A stretch of 64,000 nucleotides of DNA, from the NCBI RefSeq assembly GCF_000006765.1, contig NC_002516.2; one strand, 5' to 3'. Positions within the stretch are counted from its first letter, which is position 1, and every line of letters starts with the position of its first letter. Shown here in pieces: positions 47,493 to 57,476 of this stretch. Below the pieces are notes generated by a model. It did not search any database. It worked only from the letters and a program-made list of their open reading frames with translations, and had not been told where the DNA came from. The stretch is from Pseudomonas aeruginosa PAO1 (GTDB taxonomy: Bacteria > Pseudomonadota > Gammaproteobacteria > Pseudomonadales > Pseudomonadaceae). The translations under genes and the position numbers were made by a program.

Positions 47493-47584
47493 CGCATATG
47501 TGGGTTTTTCTCCCTGCTGCGTCTTCTCTGCTGTCCGTCGCCGCTGCCGGCGACATCCAGCAGTCACTTGGGGAGAGTTCCAGC

Positions 47585-50140
47585 ATGACCTTGCCTTTCA
47601 CCCGCGCCGCCTGGCGCCCGCTGTGTTCCGCCGCCGTGCTCGGCGCCGCGTTGTGGGCCGCCGGCGCCAGCGCTGCCGAACGACGCTTCGACCTGCCGGC
47701 GCAGCCGCTGGCCGCCTCGCTGTCGCGCCTGGCGCAGCAGGCGCAGGTCCAGGTGCTGTTCGACGAGTCGCTCCTGCGGGGCCTGCGCGCTCCGGCGCTG
47801 AGCGGCAGCTACGGGGTGCGCGAGGCGCTGGAGCGGTTGCTGGTCGGTTCCGAGCTGGAGCTGGTGGAGGCGGGCGGCGGCTACGTGGTGCGCCGGCGCC
47901 AGGTCGACGCCTACAGCGACAACGCGCTGCAACTGGACGCGCAGACCATCGTCGGCAACGGTCGCGAAGTGGACGCCAGCAACGTCGGCCGTTCGACCCT
48001 GACCCGGCGGGATATCGAACGCCAGCAGGCGGACAACATCCCCAGCCTGCTGCAGACCCTGCCCGGAGTGACCATGGGCGGCTCGCCCAAGCCGGGCGGA
48101 CAGACCACCAACATCTGGGGCCTGGGCGACGCCGAGGACGTGCCCTATACCCTGGACGGCGCGCAGAAGAGCGGCTTCGAGCGCTACCAGCAGGGCACCG
48201 TGTTCATCGAACCGGAAATGATCAAGCGCATCGAGGTGGAGAAGGGACCGCACTCGGTGTTCACCGGCAATGGCGGCTTCGGCGGCACCGTGCACATGGA
48301 GACCAAGGACGCGCCGGACCTGCTGCGCGAAGGCCGCGACGTCGGCGCCATGCTCAAGTACGGCTATCACTCCAACGACCAGCAGAAGATCTACTCCGGC
48401 GCCGTGTTCGGTCGCAGCGAAGACCGCCGCGTCGATGCCCTGCTCTATCTCAACGGTCGCGACGGCCGCGACATGAAGCTGGCCGACAACCTGCCGCTGT
48501 CGCCCACCGACTACCCGATCAACCCCAAGCGCCTGCCCAACAGCGCCCAGGACGAGAAGACCGGCCTGTTCAAGCTCAACCTGCACCCCACCGAGGAGCA
48601 CGACCTGGGTTTCACCTACCTGCGCTCGAAAAGCTCGCGCTGGACGCCGTTCTCCGCCAGCAGCTACCCGACCCCGCCGAGCCAGTGGACCATCGACCGC
48701 TACGGCTACGAGCTGGGCCTGACCCGCCTGCTGGCCCACCGCGATACCACCGACACCACCTGGACCGGCAAGTACAACTACCATCCGCTGGACAACCCCT
48801 GGATCGACCTGCAACTGAGCTATTCCGACGCCCGCACCGAGCAACTCGACCGTCGCGAGGACACCGCCTTCTACCAGCTCGCCACCGGTGGCAAGCGGAT
48901 GCGTACCGAGTACCAGGACAAGGTCCTGGAACTGCGCAACACCAGCCGTTTCGATACCGGAGCGCTACAGCACGAGCTGACCCTGGGCGCGGCGCTGCAC
49001 AAGCACAAGCGCGACATCCTCATGCACATGCCGGGCAAGACCTACGAGACCCCGCGCTACAATTACGGCTGGCTGCAACCGGCATTCATGCCGGCCGGCA
49101 AGCAGGACACGCAGAGCTTCTACATCCAGGACGCGATCACCTACGGCAGCCTGACCGTCACCCCATCGATGCGCTTCGACAGCGTGCGCAACGACGGCCA
49201 GGCCAACCTGGCGCCGATCTACGACAATCCCAAGCTCGGCCATGACTATCGCGCCCAGACCTACTCCGGCTGGTCACCGCGGCTGTCGGTGTTCTGGACC
49301 GCGACGCCGAACCTGGCGTTCTTCGCCGACTACACCGAGACCTGGCGAGCGCCGGTGATCGACGAGCAGTACGAAGTGCAGAACAGTTCGACCATCGGTG
49401 GCAGCAGCCGCGACCTGGACGCCGAGCGCATCCATGCGATCCGTGGCGGCAGCGTGATCAACCTGCCGGACCTGCTGGTCGCCGGCGACAGCCTGCAGAT
49501 CCGCACCACGTTGTTCCAGAACCGCATCAAGGACGAGATATTCCGCACCCGCAGCGTCGGCTGCCGCCAGCAGTCGATCGACAACGGCAGTATCGGTGGT
49601 AGCTGCGGCGACATGCTGCCGCTGAGCAACTACCGCAACTTGCCGGGCCTGACCATCAAGGGCTTCGAGATCGAGAGCTTCTACGACAGCCAGCGGCTGT
49701 TCGGCAGCCTGTCCTACTCGTGGATGACCGGCAAGCACGATGGGGCCTACAGCAATCCCTGGGGACCGAACGTGTGGGCGCGCGACATCCCGCCGCCGAA
49801 GTGGGTGGCCATGCTCGGCCTGAAGGTTCCGGAATGGGATGCCAAGCTCGGCTGGCAGGGCGAGTTCGTGCGCAAGACCGACCGCCTGCCCAGCGATCGC
49901 TACAGCGGCGGGATGGGTACCGGTTCCGGCGATATCTACTGGGATCACGCGGCCAACGACAGCTACGACACTCATCGGCTGTTCGCCGAGTGGGTCCCGG
50001 CCAAGCTGGGCCTGAAGGACACCCGCATCGACTTCACCGTGGACAACCTGTTCAACCGCTCCTATCGCCAGCCGCTGGGCGGCGACCTGGTCTACAGCCA
50101 GGGACGCAACGCCAAGATCAGCGTCACCCAGTTCTTCTGA
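47585..50140 (+). CDS. hxuA: TonB-dependent heme receptor/transducer with STN signalling domain
   Basis: FDLPAQPL STN domain, IEVEKGP, WRAP/NRSY variants of the FRAP/NPNL heme-receptor motifs, C-terminal F. Confidence 0.92.
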   Translation: MTLPFTRAAWRPLCSAAVLGAALWAAGASAAERRFDLPAQPLAASLSRLAQQAQVQVLFDESLLRGLRAPALSGSYGVREALERLLVGSELELVEAGGGYVVRRRQVDAYSDNALQLDAQTIVGNGREVDASNVGRSTLTRRDIERQQADNIPSLLQTLPGVTMGGSPKPGGQTTNIWGLGDAEDVPYTLDGAQKSGFERYQQGTVFIEPEMIKRIEVEKGPHSVFTGNGGFGGTVHMETKDAPDLLREGRDVGAMLKYGYHSNDQQKIYSGAVFGRSEDRRVDALLYLNGRDGRDMKLADNLPLSPTDYPINPKRLPNSAQDEKTGLFKLNLHPTEEHDLGFTYLRSKSSRWTPFSASSYPTPPSQWTIDRYGYELGLTRLLAHRDTTDTTWTGKYNYHPLDNPWIDLQLSYSDARTEQLDRREDTAFYQLATGGKRMRTEYQDKVLELRNTSRFDTGALQHELTLGAALHKHKRDILMHMPGKTYETPRYNYGWLQPAFMPAGKQDTQSFYIQDAITYGSLTVTPSMRFDSVRNDGQANLAPIYDNPKLGHDYRAQTYSGWSPRLSVFWTATPNLAFFADYTETWRAPVIDEQYEVQNSSTIGGSSRDLDAERIHAIRGGSVINLPDLLVAGDSLQIRTTLFQNRIKDEIFRTRSVGCRQQSIDNGSIGGSCGDMLPLSNYRNLPGLTIKGFEIESFYDSQRLFGSLSYSWMTGKHDGAYSNPWGPNVWARDIPPPKWVAMLGLKVPEWDAKLGWQGEFVRKTDRLPSDRYSGGMGTGSGDIYWDHAANDSYDTHRLFAEWVPAKLGLKDTRIDFTVDNLFNRSYRQPLGGDLVYSQGRNAKISVTQFF

Positions 50141-50146
50141 GGGGCG

Positions 50147-50710
50147 TCAGCGCACCGAACCGATGCGCCGGGTGTCCTCGGCATACCAGACGGCGAACAC
50201 CCGGCCGACCAGGTCGGCGCGCGGTACGTAGCCCCAGTAGCGGCTGTCGTTGGAGTTGTCGCGGTTGTCGCCGAGCATGAAGTATTGGCCGGCGGGGACG
50301 GTCCGCTCGGCCATGCGCAGGGATTCCGGCTGGCGCAGCGCCTGTTGCGCCAGGTAGGGCTCCGTCACCGGGCGCTCATTGACGTAGAGCCGGCCGCCAT
50401 CGATCCGCACGCGATCGCCGGGTATCCCGGCGATGCGCTTCACATAGGCGATGCTGCGCTGCGGCGGGAAGCGGAACACCACCAGGTCGCCGACCTGCGG
50501 GTCGGCGAAGGCGTAGCGCGCGGCGTTGGCGAGGATGAAGTCGCCCTGTTGCAAGGTCGGTTCCATCGAGCGCGAAGGGATCTTGTACAGCGCCACGCCG
50601 AGGAGCCGTGCGCGCGGGTCGAGACTGGCGGTGCCGAACGGATTCGCCAGGTAGACGGCCAGCATGATCGCGGCGAGCAGGCCCATGGCGGGCCAGAAGC
50701 GTCGTTTCAC
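50147..50710 (-). CDS. Second signal peptidase I (S26)
   Basis: PSRSMEPTL (catalytic Ser), YVKRIAG (catalytic Lys), GDNRDNSNDSRYWG. The start may be ATG 50686. Confidence 0.93.
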   Translation of the reverse strand: MKRRFWPAMGLLAAIMLAVYLANPFGTASLDPRARLLGVALYKIPSRSMEPTLQQGDFILANAARYAFADPQVGDLVVFRFPPQRSIAYVKRIAGIPGDRVRIDGGRLYVNERPVTEPYLAQQALRQPESLRMAERTVPAGQYFMLGDNRDNSNDSRYWGYVPRADLVGRVFAVWYAEDTRRIGSVR

Positions 50711-50762
50711 GAAGGTTCCCTTTTTCGTGGCGGAAGGCCGGCGTCGCCGGCCCCCGCGGTGG

Positions 50763-52814
50763 TCATACCAGGCCGAGGACCTTGAGCAGGAAGGCGTATT
50801 CCAGCGCCACGTCCTTCAGCCCCTGGTAGCGGCCGCTCATGCCGCCGTGGCCGGCGCCGAGGTCGGTCTTGAGCAGCAGCAGGTTGGCGTCGGTCCTGGT
50901 CGCCCGCAGTTTCGCCACCCACTTGGCGGCTTCCCAGTACTGCACGCGGCTGTCGTTGTAGCCGGCGACCACCAGCAGGTGCGGGTAGTCCTGGGCCCTG
51001 ACGTTCTCGTAGGGCGCGTAGGCGGCGATCCGCGCATGCACCTCGGGCTCCTGCGGGTTGCCCCACTCATCGTATTCGGTGACGGTCAGCGGCAGGTCCG
51101 GATTGAGCATGCTGTTCAGCACGTCGACGAACGGCACCTCGGCGATGGCCGCGCCGAACAGTTGCGGGCGCTGGTTGAGCACCGCTCCGATCAACAGCCC
51201 GCCGGCGCTGCCGCCGCTGATGGCGAGACCCTCGGGACGGCAGTAGCCCTCGGCGAGCAGGTGCTCGGCGCAGGCGATGAAGTCGTCGAAGCTGTTCTGC
51301 TTGTGTTCCAGCTTGCCGGCCCGGTACCAGGCTTCGCCCAGTTCGCCGCCGCCACGGACATGGGCGATGGCAAAGACGAAGCCGCGTTCGAGCAGGCTCA
51401 GGCGGGCGTGGGAGAACCAGGGATCGAGGCTATGCCCGTAGGCGCCGTAGCCATAGAGATAGAGCGGCGCGGGGCGCCCGGCGGCGATGCCGTCGAGGAC
51501 TTCCTTGCGCGCCACCAGGCTGACCGGCACCTGCGTGCCGTCGCCGCTGCTGGCCCAGATGCGCCGGCTGGCGTAGGCGTCGGCGTCGAATGGGCCTTCC
51601 ACCGGGGTCTGCTTGAGGACGGTCTGCGTGCCATCGGCGAGGTTCAGCTGGCGTACCTGCGCCGGACGGTTCAGGGCCTCGTAGCGCAGTCGCACGCAGG
51701 GGCTGTCGAATTCCAGGCTGTCCTGCACGTAGAGGCTGTAGGCGGCGTCCGGCAACTGCACGCGGTAGGCCGGCAGGCCCTGCGGTTGCACCTCGATAAC
51801 CGGCAGGCCGCCGTCGCGCAGGCCGAGGATCACCGCCTCGGCGTTCAGGCTGACATCTTCCAGGGTCCGCTGCGGGTCGTGGGCCACGCGCAGTTGCCAG
51901 TGCTCGCGAGTCGGCCGCGACTCCTCGGCCTGGTAGAGGGCGAAGTTGATCCCCGCCTGGTTGCTGCGGATCAGCCACAGGCCCCGGCCGTCGAGGCGAC
52001 CGTGGTCGGGGTAGTACTCGTGGCCTTCCTCGCGCGGCGCCAGGCAACGGAACGTTCCCTGCGGCTGGTCGGCGTCGAGCACCCAGGCCTCGCTGGTGGT
52101 CTTGCTGTTGAGCAGGAGGATCAGCTGGCGTTCCGAGCTGGAGCGGTAGCAGTGCAGGAAGAAGCGCCCGTCGCCTTCCTCGAACACCAGCTCGGCGCCG
52201 GCCTCGCCCAGGCGGTGGCGATAGAGCTTGTGCGGGCGGTGGGTGTCGTCCAGTTCGCCGAAGAACAGCGTGCGGTTGTCGTTGGCCCAGGTCAGGCTGC
52301 CGTCGCAGTCGTCGAAGGGCAGGGCCTGCACCGCGCCGCTGGCGAGGTCCTTGACGAACAGGCGGTAGATCTCGTCGCCGCTGGTGTCCAGGCTGTAGGC
52401 CAGCAGGCTCTGGTCGGGGCTGATGCTGAAGGCGCCGAGGGAGAGGAAGCCGCCGTCGGCCAACTGGTTGGGATCGAGCAACAGTTGCTCGGCGCCTTCG
52501 TCGACCGCCAGGCTGCCGTCCGCCGGACGCGGGCAGCGGTAGTGGCGCGGGTATTCGTCGCCGGCGGTGGTGCGCTGGTAGTACAGCCACGGACCCCACG
52601 GACTGGGCAACGACAGGTCGGTCTCGCGGATGCGTCCCCTGATCTCCTCGAACAGGGTCTCGCGCAACCCGGCCTGGTCGGCCAGTTCGCTATCCAGGTA
52701 GGCGTTCTCGGCCTTCAGGTAGTCGAGCACCTCCGGGGCGTCGCGCTCCTCCAGCCAGGCGTAGGGGTCGCTTCCGGCGTCGCGGCGGGCGATGGGGGGC
52801 TGCGGATGGGGCAT
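50763..52814 (-). CDS. ptrB: Oligopeptidase B / protease II (S9A)
   Basis: DPYAWL, beta-propeller region, YGYGAYG, HVRGGGELG, GGSAGGLL, DSRV, GHGG. Confidence 0.95.
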   Translation of the reverse strand: MPHPQPPIARRDAGSDPYAWLEERDAPEVLDYLKAENAYLDSELADQAGLRETLFEEIRGRIRETDLSLPSPWGPWLYYQRTTAGDEYPRHYRCPRPADGSLAVDEGAEQLLLDPNQLADGGFLSLGAFSISPDQSLLAYSLDTSGDEIYRLFVKDLASGAVQALPFDDCDGSLTWANDNRTLFFGELDDTHRPHKLYRHRLGEAGAELVFEEGDGRFFLHCYRSSSERQLILLLNSKTTSEAWVLDADQPQGTFRCLAPREEGHEYYPDHGRLDGRGLWLIRSNQAGINFALYQAEESRPTREHWQLRVAHDPQRTLEDVSLNAEAVILGLRDGGLPVIEVQPQGLPAYRVQLPDAAYSLYVQDSLEFDSPCVRLRYEALNRPAQVRQLNLADGTQTVLKQTPVEGPFDADAYASRRIWASSGDGTQVPVSLVARKEVLDGIAAGRPAPLYLYGYGAYGHSLDPWFSHARLSLLERGFVFAIAHVRGGGELGEAWYRAGKLEHKQNSFDDFIACAEHLLAEGYCRPEGLAISGGSAGGLLIGAVLNQRPQLFGAAIAEVPFVDVLNSMLNPDLPLTVTEYDEWGNPQEPEVHARIAAYAPYENVRAQDYPHLLVVAGYNDSRVQYWEAAKWVAKLRATRTDANLLLLKTDLGAGHGGMSGRYQGLKDVALEYAFLLKVLGLV

Positions 52815-52962
52815 CGGGAATCCTCGTCGATCCGGCCATGCGCGAGGCCGGGAAATCTGAATAAAACTGGCGGCGCGGCGCCCGCCATCGGTGGGTAGGC
52901 GCGTCGGCATGCAAAAGCGGCTATCATAAGCCCCCCATCACCGCTATCGCCACGCACGCCGC

Positions 52963-53436
52963 ATGAATGAACAAGACTATCTGATCGCCTGGGGCGCCTA
53001 CGCCATCGCCGGACTCGGCCTGATGCTGGTGTTCTGGCTGATGACCGGCTGGATGTGGCGCTGGCTGCGCGAACCCCTGCGGCTGATCGTCTTCATCCTG
53101 CTGTTCACGCCGACTCCGGTGGACCCGCAGAACGACCTCTACGCCCCGGCCATCGCCATCACCGCGCTGGATGTCGTGTTCAAGGTCGGCAACAACGCCT
53201 GGCGCGCGGTCTCTGACCTGGCCCTGGTGGCGCTGCTCGGTTTCGGCCTGTACCTGCTGATCGCCGCCATCCGCTGGCCGCTGGAGCGGGCCTGGAAGAA
53301 TCGTCGGCATCCGTCGCAGGACGCCGAGGACGAGCCGACCCTGCGGCAGATGATGCAGCCCGAGTTGATGCCGGACGTCGACACCCGCACCGACGAGCAC
53401 GGCGACCGGCGCATGCGCATCGAGCCGCGCCTGTAG
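52963..53436 (+). CDS. Hypothetical membrane protein (3 TM)
   Basis: Hydrophobic YLIAWGAY..., LFTPTPV, APAIAITALD; charged C-terminal tail. Confidence 0.82.
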   Translation: MNEQDYLIAWGAYAIAGLGLMLVFWLMTGWMWRWLREPLRLIVFILLFTPTPVDPQNDLYAPAIAITALDVVFKVGNNAWRAVSDLALVALLGFGLYLLIAAIRWPLERAWKNRRHPSQDAEDEPTLRQMMQPELMPDVDTRTDEHGDRRMRIEPRL

Positions 53437-53499
53437 CCTTTCGCGACGAAATCCATTCTTGCGCTACGCCCGGCAGGCGTTCAGCATGAGGCGAGGCCT

Positions 53500-53961
53500 A
53501 TGTCGGGATTTCCCATGGATTGCGTGTTCTGCGCCATAGCGGGTGGCCGCGAGCCGGCGCACAGACTCTTCGAGGACGAGCATTTCATCGTCCTGCTGGA
53601 CATCTTTCCGCTGCGACCGGCGCACGTGCTGATCGTAGCCCGCGAGCACGCCCTGCACCTGAGCGATCTTTCCGCCGCCGCCCGCGACGCCCTCCTGGCG
53701 CTCGCCGAGCGTATCGGTCGCGCATTGCGCCGGGCCGGTTTCGGCGTGGAAGGCATCAACCTGTTGCTCAACGATGGCGTGGCGGCCAACCAGCACGTGG
53801 CGCACCTGCATCTGCACCTGATTCCCCGGCGTCGCGGCGACCTGCCGCGACTGCTCTGGCGCGCCCTGACCCGTTTCCTGCCGGTCGGTCGCGCGAGCCT
53901 GCAGGCGCGTCTGCAGCGGGAACGAGAACTACTACGTACAGCCTTGCTCAGGGAGGTTTGA
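53500..53961 (+). CDS. HIT-family hydrolase
   Basis: CVFC, LDIFP..PAHVLIV, histidine triad HLHLH. The start may be 53515. Confidence 0.92.
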   Translation: MSGFPMDCVFCAIAGGREPAHRLFEDEHFIVLLDIFPLRPAHVLIVAREHALHLSDLSAAARDALLALAERIGRALRRAGFGVEGINLLLNDGVAANQHVAHLHLHLIPRRRGDLPRLLWRALTRFLPVGRASLQARLQRERELLRTALLREV

Positions 53962-53964
53962 GCC

Positions 53965-54738
53965 ATGTGTGAACTATTGGGCATGAGCGCCAACGTCCCG
54001 ACGGACATCGTCTTCAGCTTCACCGGACTGATGCAGCGCGGCGGCGGTACCGGCCCGCACCGCGACGGTTGGGGCATCGCCTTCTACGAAGGACGCGGCG
54101 TGCGGCTGTTCCAGGACCCGCTGGCGAGCGTCGATTCGGAGGTGGCGCGGCTGGTGCAGCGCTTCCCGATCAAGAGCGAGACGGTCATCGGGCACATCCG
54201 CCAGGCCAACGTCGGCAAGGTCGGGCTGAGCAACACCCACCCCTTCATCCGCGAACTCGGTGGGCGCTACTGGACCTTCGCGCACAATGGCCAACTGGCC
54301 GACTTCCAGCCCAAGCCCGGTTTCTACCGCCCGGTCGGCGAGACCGACAGCGAGGCGGCCTTCTGCGACCTGCTGAACCGCGTGCGCCGGGCTTTCCCCG
54401 AGCCGGTGCCGGTGGAGGTGCTGTTGCCGGTGCTGATCTCGGCCTGTGACGAATATCGCAAGAAAGGTGTGTTCAATGCCCTGATCAGCGACGGCGACTG
54501 GCTGTTCACCTTCTGCTCCAGCAAACTCGCCTACATTACCCGCCGTGCGCCATTCGGCCCGGCGCGGTTGAAGGATGCCGACCTGACCGTGGACTTCCAT
54601 GCGGAAACCACGCCGGACGATGTGGTCACGGTGATCGCCACCGAGCCGCTCACCGACAACGAGAACTGGACCTTGCAGCAGAGCGGCGAGTGGGTCCTCT
54701 GGTGGGGCGGCGAGGTGTTGGCCAAGGGGCGGGTCTGA
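53965..54738 (+). CDS. Class II glutamine amidotransferase (YafJ-like Ntn hydrolase)
   Basis: MCELLG N-terminal Cys, HRDGWGI, GHIRQAN, NTHPF, FAHNG, GETDSE. Confidence 0.92.
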   Translation: MCELLGMSANVPTDIVFSFTGLMQRGGGTGPHRDGWGIAFYEGRGVRLFQDPLASVDSEVARLVQRFPIKSETVIGHIRQANVGKVGLSNTHPFIRELGGRYWTFAHNGQLADFQPKPGFYRPVGETDSEAAFCDLLNRVRRAFPEPVPVEVLLPVLISACDEYRKKGVFNALISDGDWLFTFCSSKLAYITRRAPFGPARLKDADLTVDFHAETTPDDVVTVIATEPLTDNENWTLQQSGEWVLWWGGEVLAKGRV

Positions 54739-54764
54739 ATCGCCGCCGTGAACGAGGAGAGCGC

Positions 54765-55289
54765 ATGTTCCGCAGTTACCTGAGACTGCTGCTGTTCACC
54801 CTGGGCCTGCTGCTCGGGGTGCAGGTGCCCGGTTTCATCGACGACTACGCCAAGCGCGTCGACGCCCATCGCCTGGAGGCCGCGCAGAACATCCAGGGCT
54901 TCCAGCAGACCGCCGGGCAGTTCTTCAACGGTAGCCTGGAGGAACTGGTCAGGCATTACCGCAGCAACAGCGATCCGGTGTTCCAGCGCGACGGCGAGAA
55001 CCTCGACCGCCTGATGCGTCGCGCGCGCATGCTCGACGCTGAGTGGCAGGCCATGCAGGGTCCCTGGTACGCCCGCGCCTGGCACATGCTGCGCGCACCG
55101 AACCATGAGTTGCTGATGGAAACCTATGCCAGCTACAGCTACCAGGTCCTGCTCAAGCCCGAGGTGATCGCCTGGGGCCTGGGCTGCGCCTTGCTGGTCG
55201 CCTGGATCGCCGAGCTGATCGTGTATTCGCTGGCCTCGCTGTTCGGCTTCGGCGAAGACCGCCGCACCCGCGAGCGTCACTGGAGCTGA
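54765..55289 (+). CDS. DUF2937-like membrane protein
   Basis: GAGGAG RBS; GVQVPGFIDDYAKRVDAH, C-terminal TM. Confidence 0.8.
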   Translation: MFRSYLRLLLFTLGLLLGVQVPGFIDDYAKRVDAHRLEAAQNIQGFQQTAGQFFNGSLEELVRHYRSNSDPVFQRDGENLDRLMRRARMLDAEWQAMQGPWYARAWHMLRAPNHELLMETYASYSYQVLLKPEVIAWGLGCALLVAWIAELIVYSLASLFGFGEDRRTRERHWS

Positions 55290-55297
55290 GGCGCGAC

Positions 55298-56158
55298 TCA
55301 GGCCGCCGCCAGTTCCAGGAATGCCCTGATCACCCGTAGGCCGCGGCGCTTCTCCAGGCAGCCGATCAGGTGGCGGTTGGTCAGCTCGGGACCGACCAGC
55401 GGCACCGCGCGAACCCGCGGATCGTTGCCGACCTCCAGGGAAGACACCACGCCGACGCCCAGTTCGGCGGCCACCGCTTCGGTCACCGCTTCCCGGCTGT
55501 CCAGCTCCAGCAGCACCCGCGGCTGCACGCCCTGCTCGGCACAGGCGCGGTCGAAGGTGCGGCGGGTGATCGAACCGGGTTCGCGCAGCACCATGATCTG
55601 CTGGTCGAGCTCTTCCAGCGGTACGCCTTCGTTGCGTTCGCACCAGGGATGCTGGCGAGGCAACAGGGCGCAGATACGCGAATTCACCAACTCCTCCAGG
55701 AACAGCCCGGGACGCGCCTCGACCTCGGTCAGCACGGCGACGTCGACGTGTTCGCTGAGCAGCGCCGCGAGGGTCTCCTGGGCGTTGCCCAGACGCAGGT
55801 TGACGGTGATTCCCGGATAGCTCGCGCGCAGCCGGGCGAGCATCGGCATCACCAGGTGCGGGCCGTCGGCGGCGACTTCGAGGCGGCCGGAGACCAATTG
55901 TCGATTGGCGTCGAGCAGGGCCTCGGCTTCTTCCTCCAGGGCGAACAGGGTGCGCGTGATCGCCACCAGGCGCGAGCCCTCCTCGGTCAGTTCGATGCGC
56001 CGGGCGGTGCGCCGGAACAGGGTGACCTGGTAGTGCTCCTCGAGTGCCTTGACGTGTCCGGTCACCGCCGGCTGGCTGATGCACAGGCGCTCGGCGGCGC
56101 GGGTGAAACTGCCTTCGCGGGCGACGGCGTCGAAGGCGCGGAGCTGGAAGAGATTCAT
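55298..56158 (-). CDS. phnR: LysR regulator of 2-aminoethylphosphonate utilisation
   Basis: MNLFQLRAF...SFTRAAERLCISQPAVT; divergent from phnWX. Confidence 0.88.
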   Translation of the reverse strand: MNLFQLRAFDAVAREGSFTRAAERLCISQPAVTGHVKALEEHYQVTLFRRTARRIELTEEGSRLVAITRTLFALEEEAEALLDANRQLVSGRLEVAADGPHLVMPMLARLRASYPGITVNLRLGNAQETLAALLSEHVDVAVLTEVEARPGLFLEELVNSRICALLPRQHPWCERNEGVPLEELDQQIMVLREPGSITRRTFDRACAEQGVQPRVLLELDSREAVTEAVAAELGVGVVSSLEVGNDPRVRAVPLVGPELTNRHLIGCLEKRRGLRVIRAFLELAAA

Positions 56159-56325
56159 GGTATCGGCCTGGCTTATGGCTGGCATCGGAACAAACAATTT
56201 GAACGATAGTAGCGCGGCGCTCACCTTATGTCTCCAGGCTTCCCTGGAACGCCGGCGCGGAACGACCGCCCGGACCGCGAAGCCCGATCCGGTTTCTTTG
56301 GCCGATTCCCGCAGAGGAAATGAGC

Positions 56326-57441
56326 ATGAGCACTGCCGAACGCGCACCCATCCTGCTGACCCCCGGTCCGCTGACCACCTCCTACCGTACCCGTCGGGCG
56401 ATGATGGTCGACTGGGGCTCCTGGGACAGCGATTTCAACGAACTCACCGCCAGCGTCTGCCAGCGCCTGCTGAAGATCGTCGGCGGCGAAGGCAGCCACA
56501 CCTGCGTACCGTTGCAGGGCAGCGGCACCTTCGCCGTGGAAGCGGCGATCGGCACCCTGGTGCCGCGCGACGGCAAGGTCCTGGTGTTGATCAACGGTGC
56601 CTACGGCAAGCGCCTGGCGAAGATCTGCGAGGTTCTGCAACGGCCCTTCAGCACCTTAGAGACCGAAGAGAACGTGCCGACCACCGCCGCTGACGTAGAG
56701 CGTCTGCTGGCCGCCGATCCGGCGATCAGCCATGTGGCGCTGATCCACTGCGAGACCAGCACCGGCATCCTCAATCCGCTCGAGGCCATCGCCAAGGTCG
56801 TCGAGCGTCACGGCAAGCGCCTGATCGTCGATGCCATGAGCTCCTTCGGGGCGATCGGGATCGATGCTCGGAAAGTTCCGTTCGATGCCTTGATCGCCGC
56901 CTCCGGCAAGTGCCTGGAGGGCGTCCCCGGGATGGGCTTCGTCTTCGCCCGCAGCGCCGCCCTGGAAGCCAGCGCCGGCAACTGCCACTCCCTGGCCATG
57001 GACCTGCAGGACCAGCACGCCTATATGCGCAAGACCGGGCAGTGGCGCTTCACCCCGCCGACCCATGTGGTCGCCGCCCTGCACGAAGCGCTCAGCCAGT
57101 ACGAAGAGGAGGGCGGCCTGCCGGCGCGCCAGCGGCGCTACGCGAGCAATTGCGAAACGCTGCTCGGCGAGATGGCCCGGCTCGGTTTCCGCAGCTTCCT
57201 GCCGGCGGAAATCCAGGCGCCGATCATCGTTACCTTCCACGCGCCGCGCGATCCGCGCTACCGCTTCGCCGACTTCTACCAACGCGTGCGGGAGAAGGGC
57301 TTCATCCTCTATCCGGGCAAGTTGACCCAGGTGGAAACCTTCCGCGTCGGCTGCATCGGCCACGTCGACGCCGCGGAGATGCGGCAGGCGGTCGCCGCCA
57401 TCGGCGAGGCGCTGCGCGAACTGGAAGTCCTCGAGATCTGA
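56326..57441 (+). CDS. phnW: 2-aminoethylphosphonate:pyruvate transaminase
   Basis: [50 protein letters not shown]. Confidence 0.97.
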   Translation: MSTAERAPILLTPGPLTTSYRTRRAMMVDWGSWDSDFNELTASVCQRLLKIVGGEGSHTCVPLQGSGTFAVEAAIGTLVPRDGKVLVLINGAYGKRLAKICEVLQRPFSTLETEENVPTTAADVERLLAADPAISHVALIHCETSTGILNPLEAIAKVVERHGKRLIVDAMSSFGAIGIDARKVPFDALIAASGKCLEGVPGMGFVFARSAALEASAGNCHSLAMDLQDQHAYMRKTGQWRFTPPTHVVAALHEALSQYEEEGGLPARQRRYASNCETLLGEMARLGFRSFLPAEIQAPIIVTFHAPRDPRYRFADFYQRVREKGFILYPGKLTQVETFRVGCIGHVDAAEMRQAVAAIGEALRELEVLEI

Positions 57442-57476
57442 ACTGAACGACAACGAGCAGAAAAGGGTTCACGACA

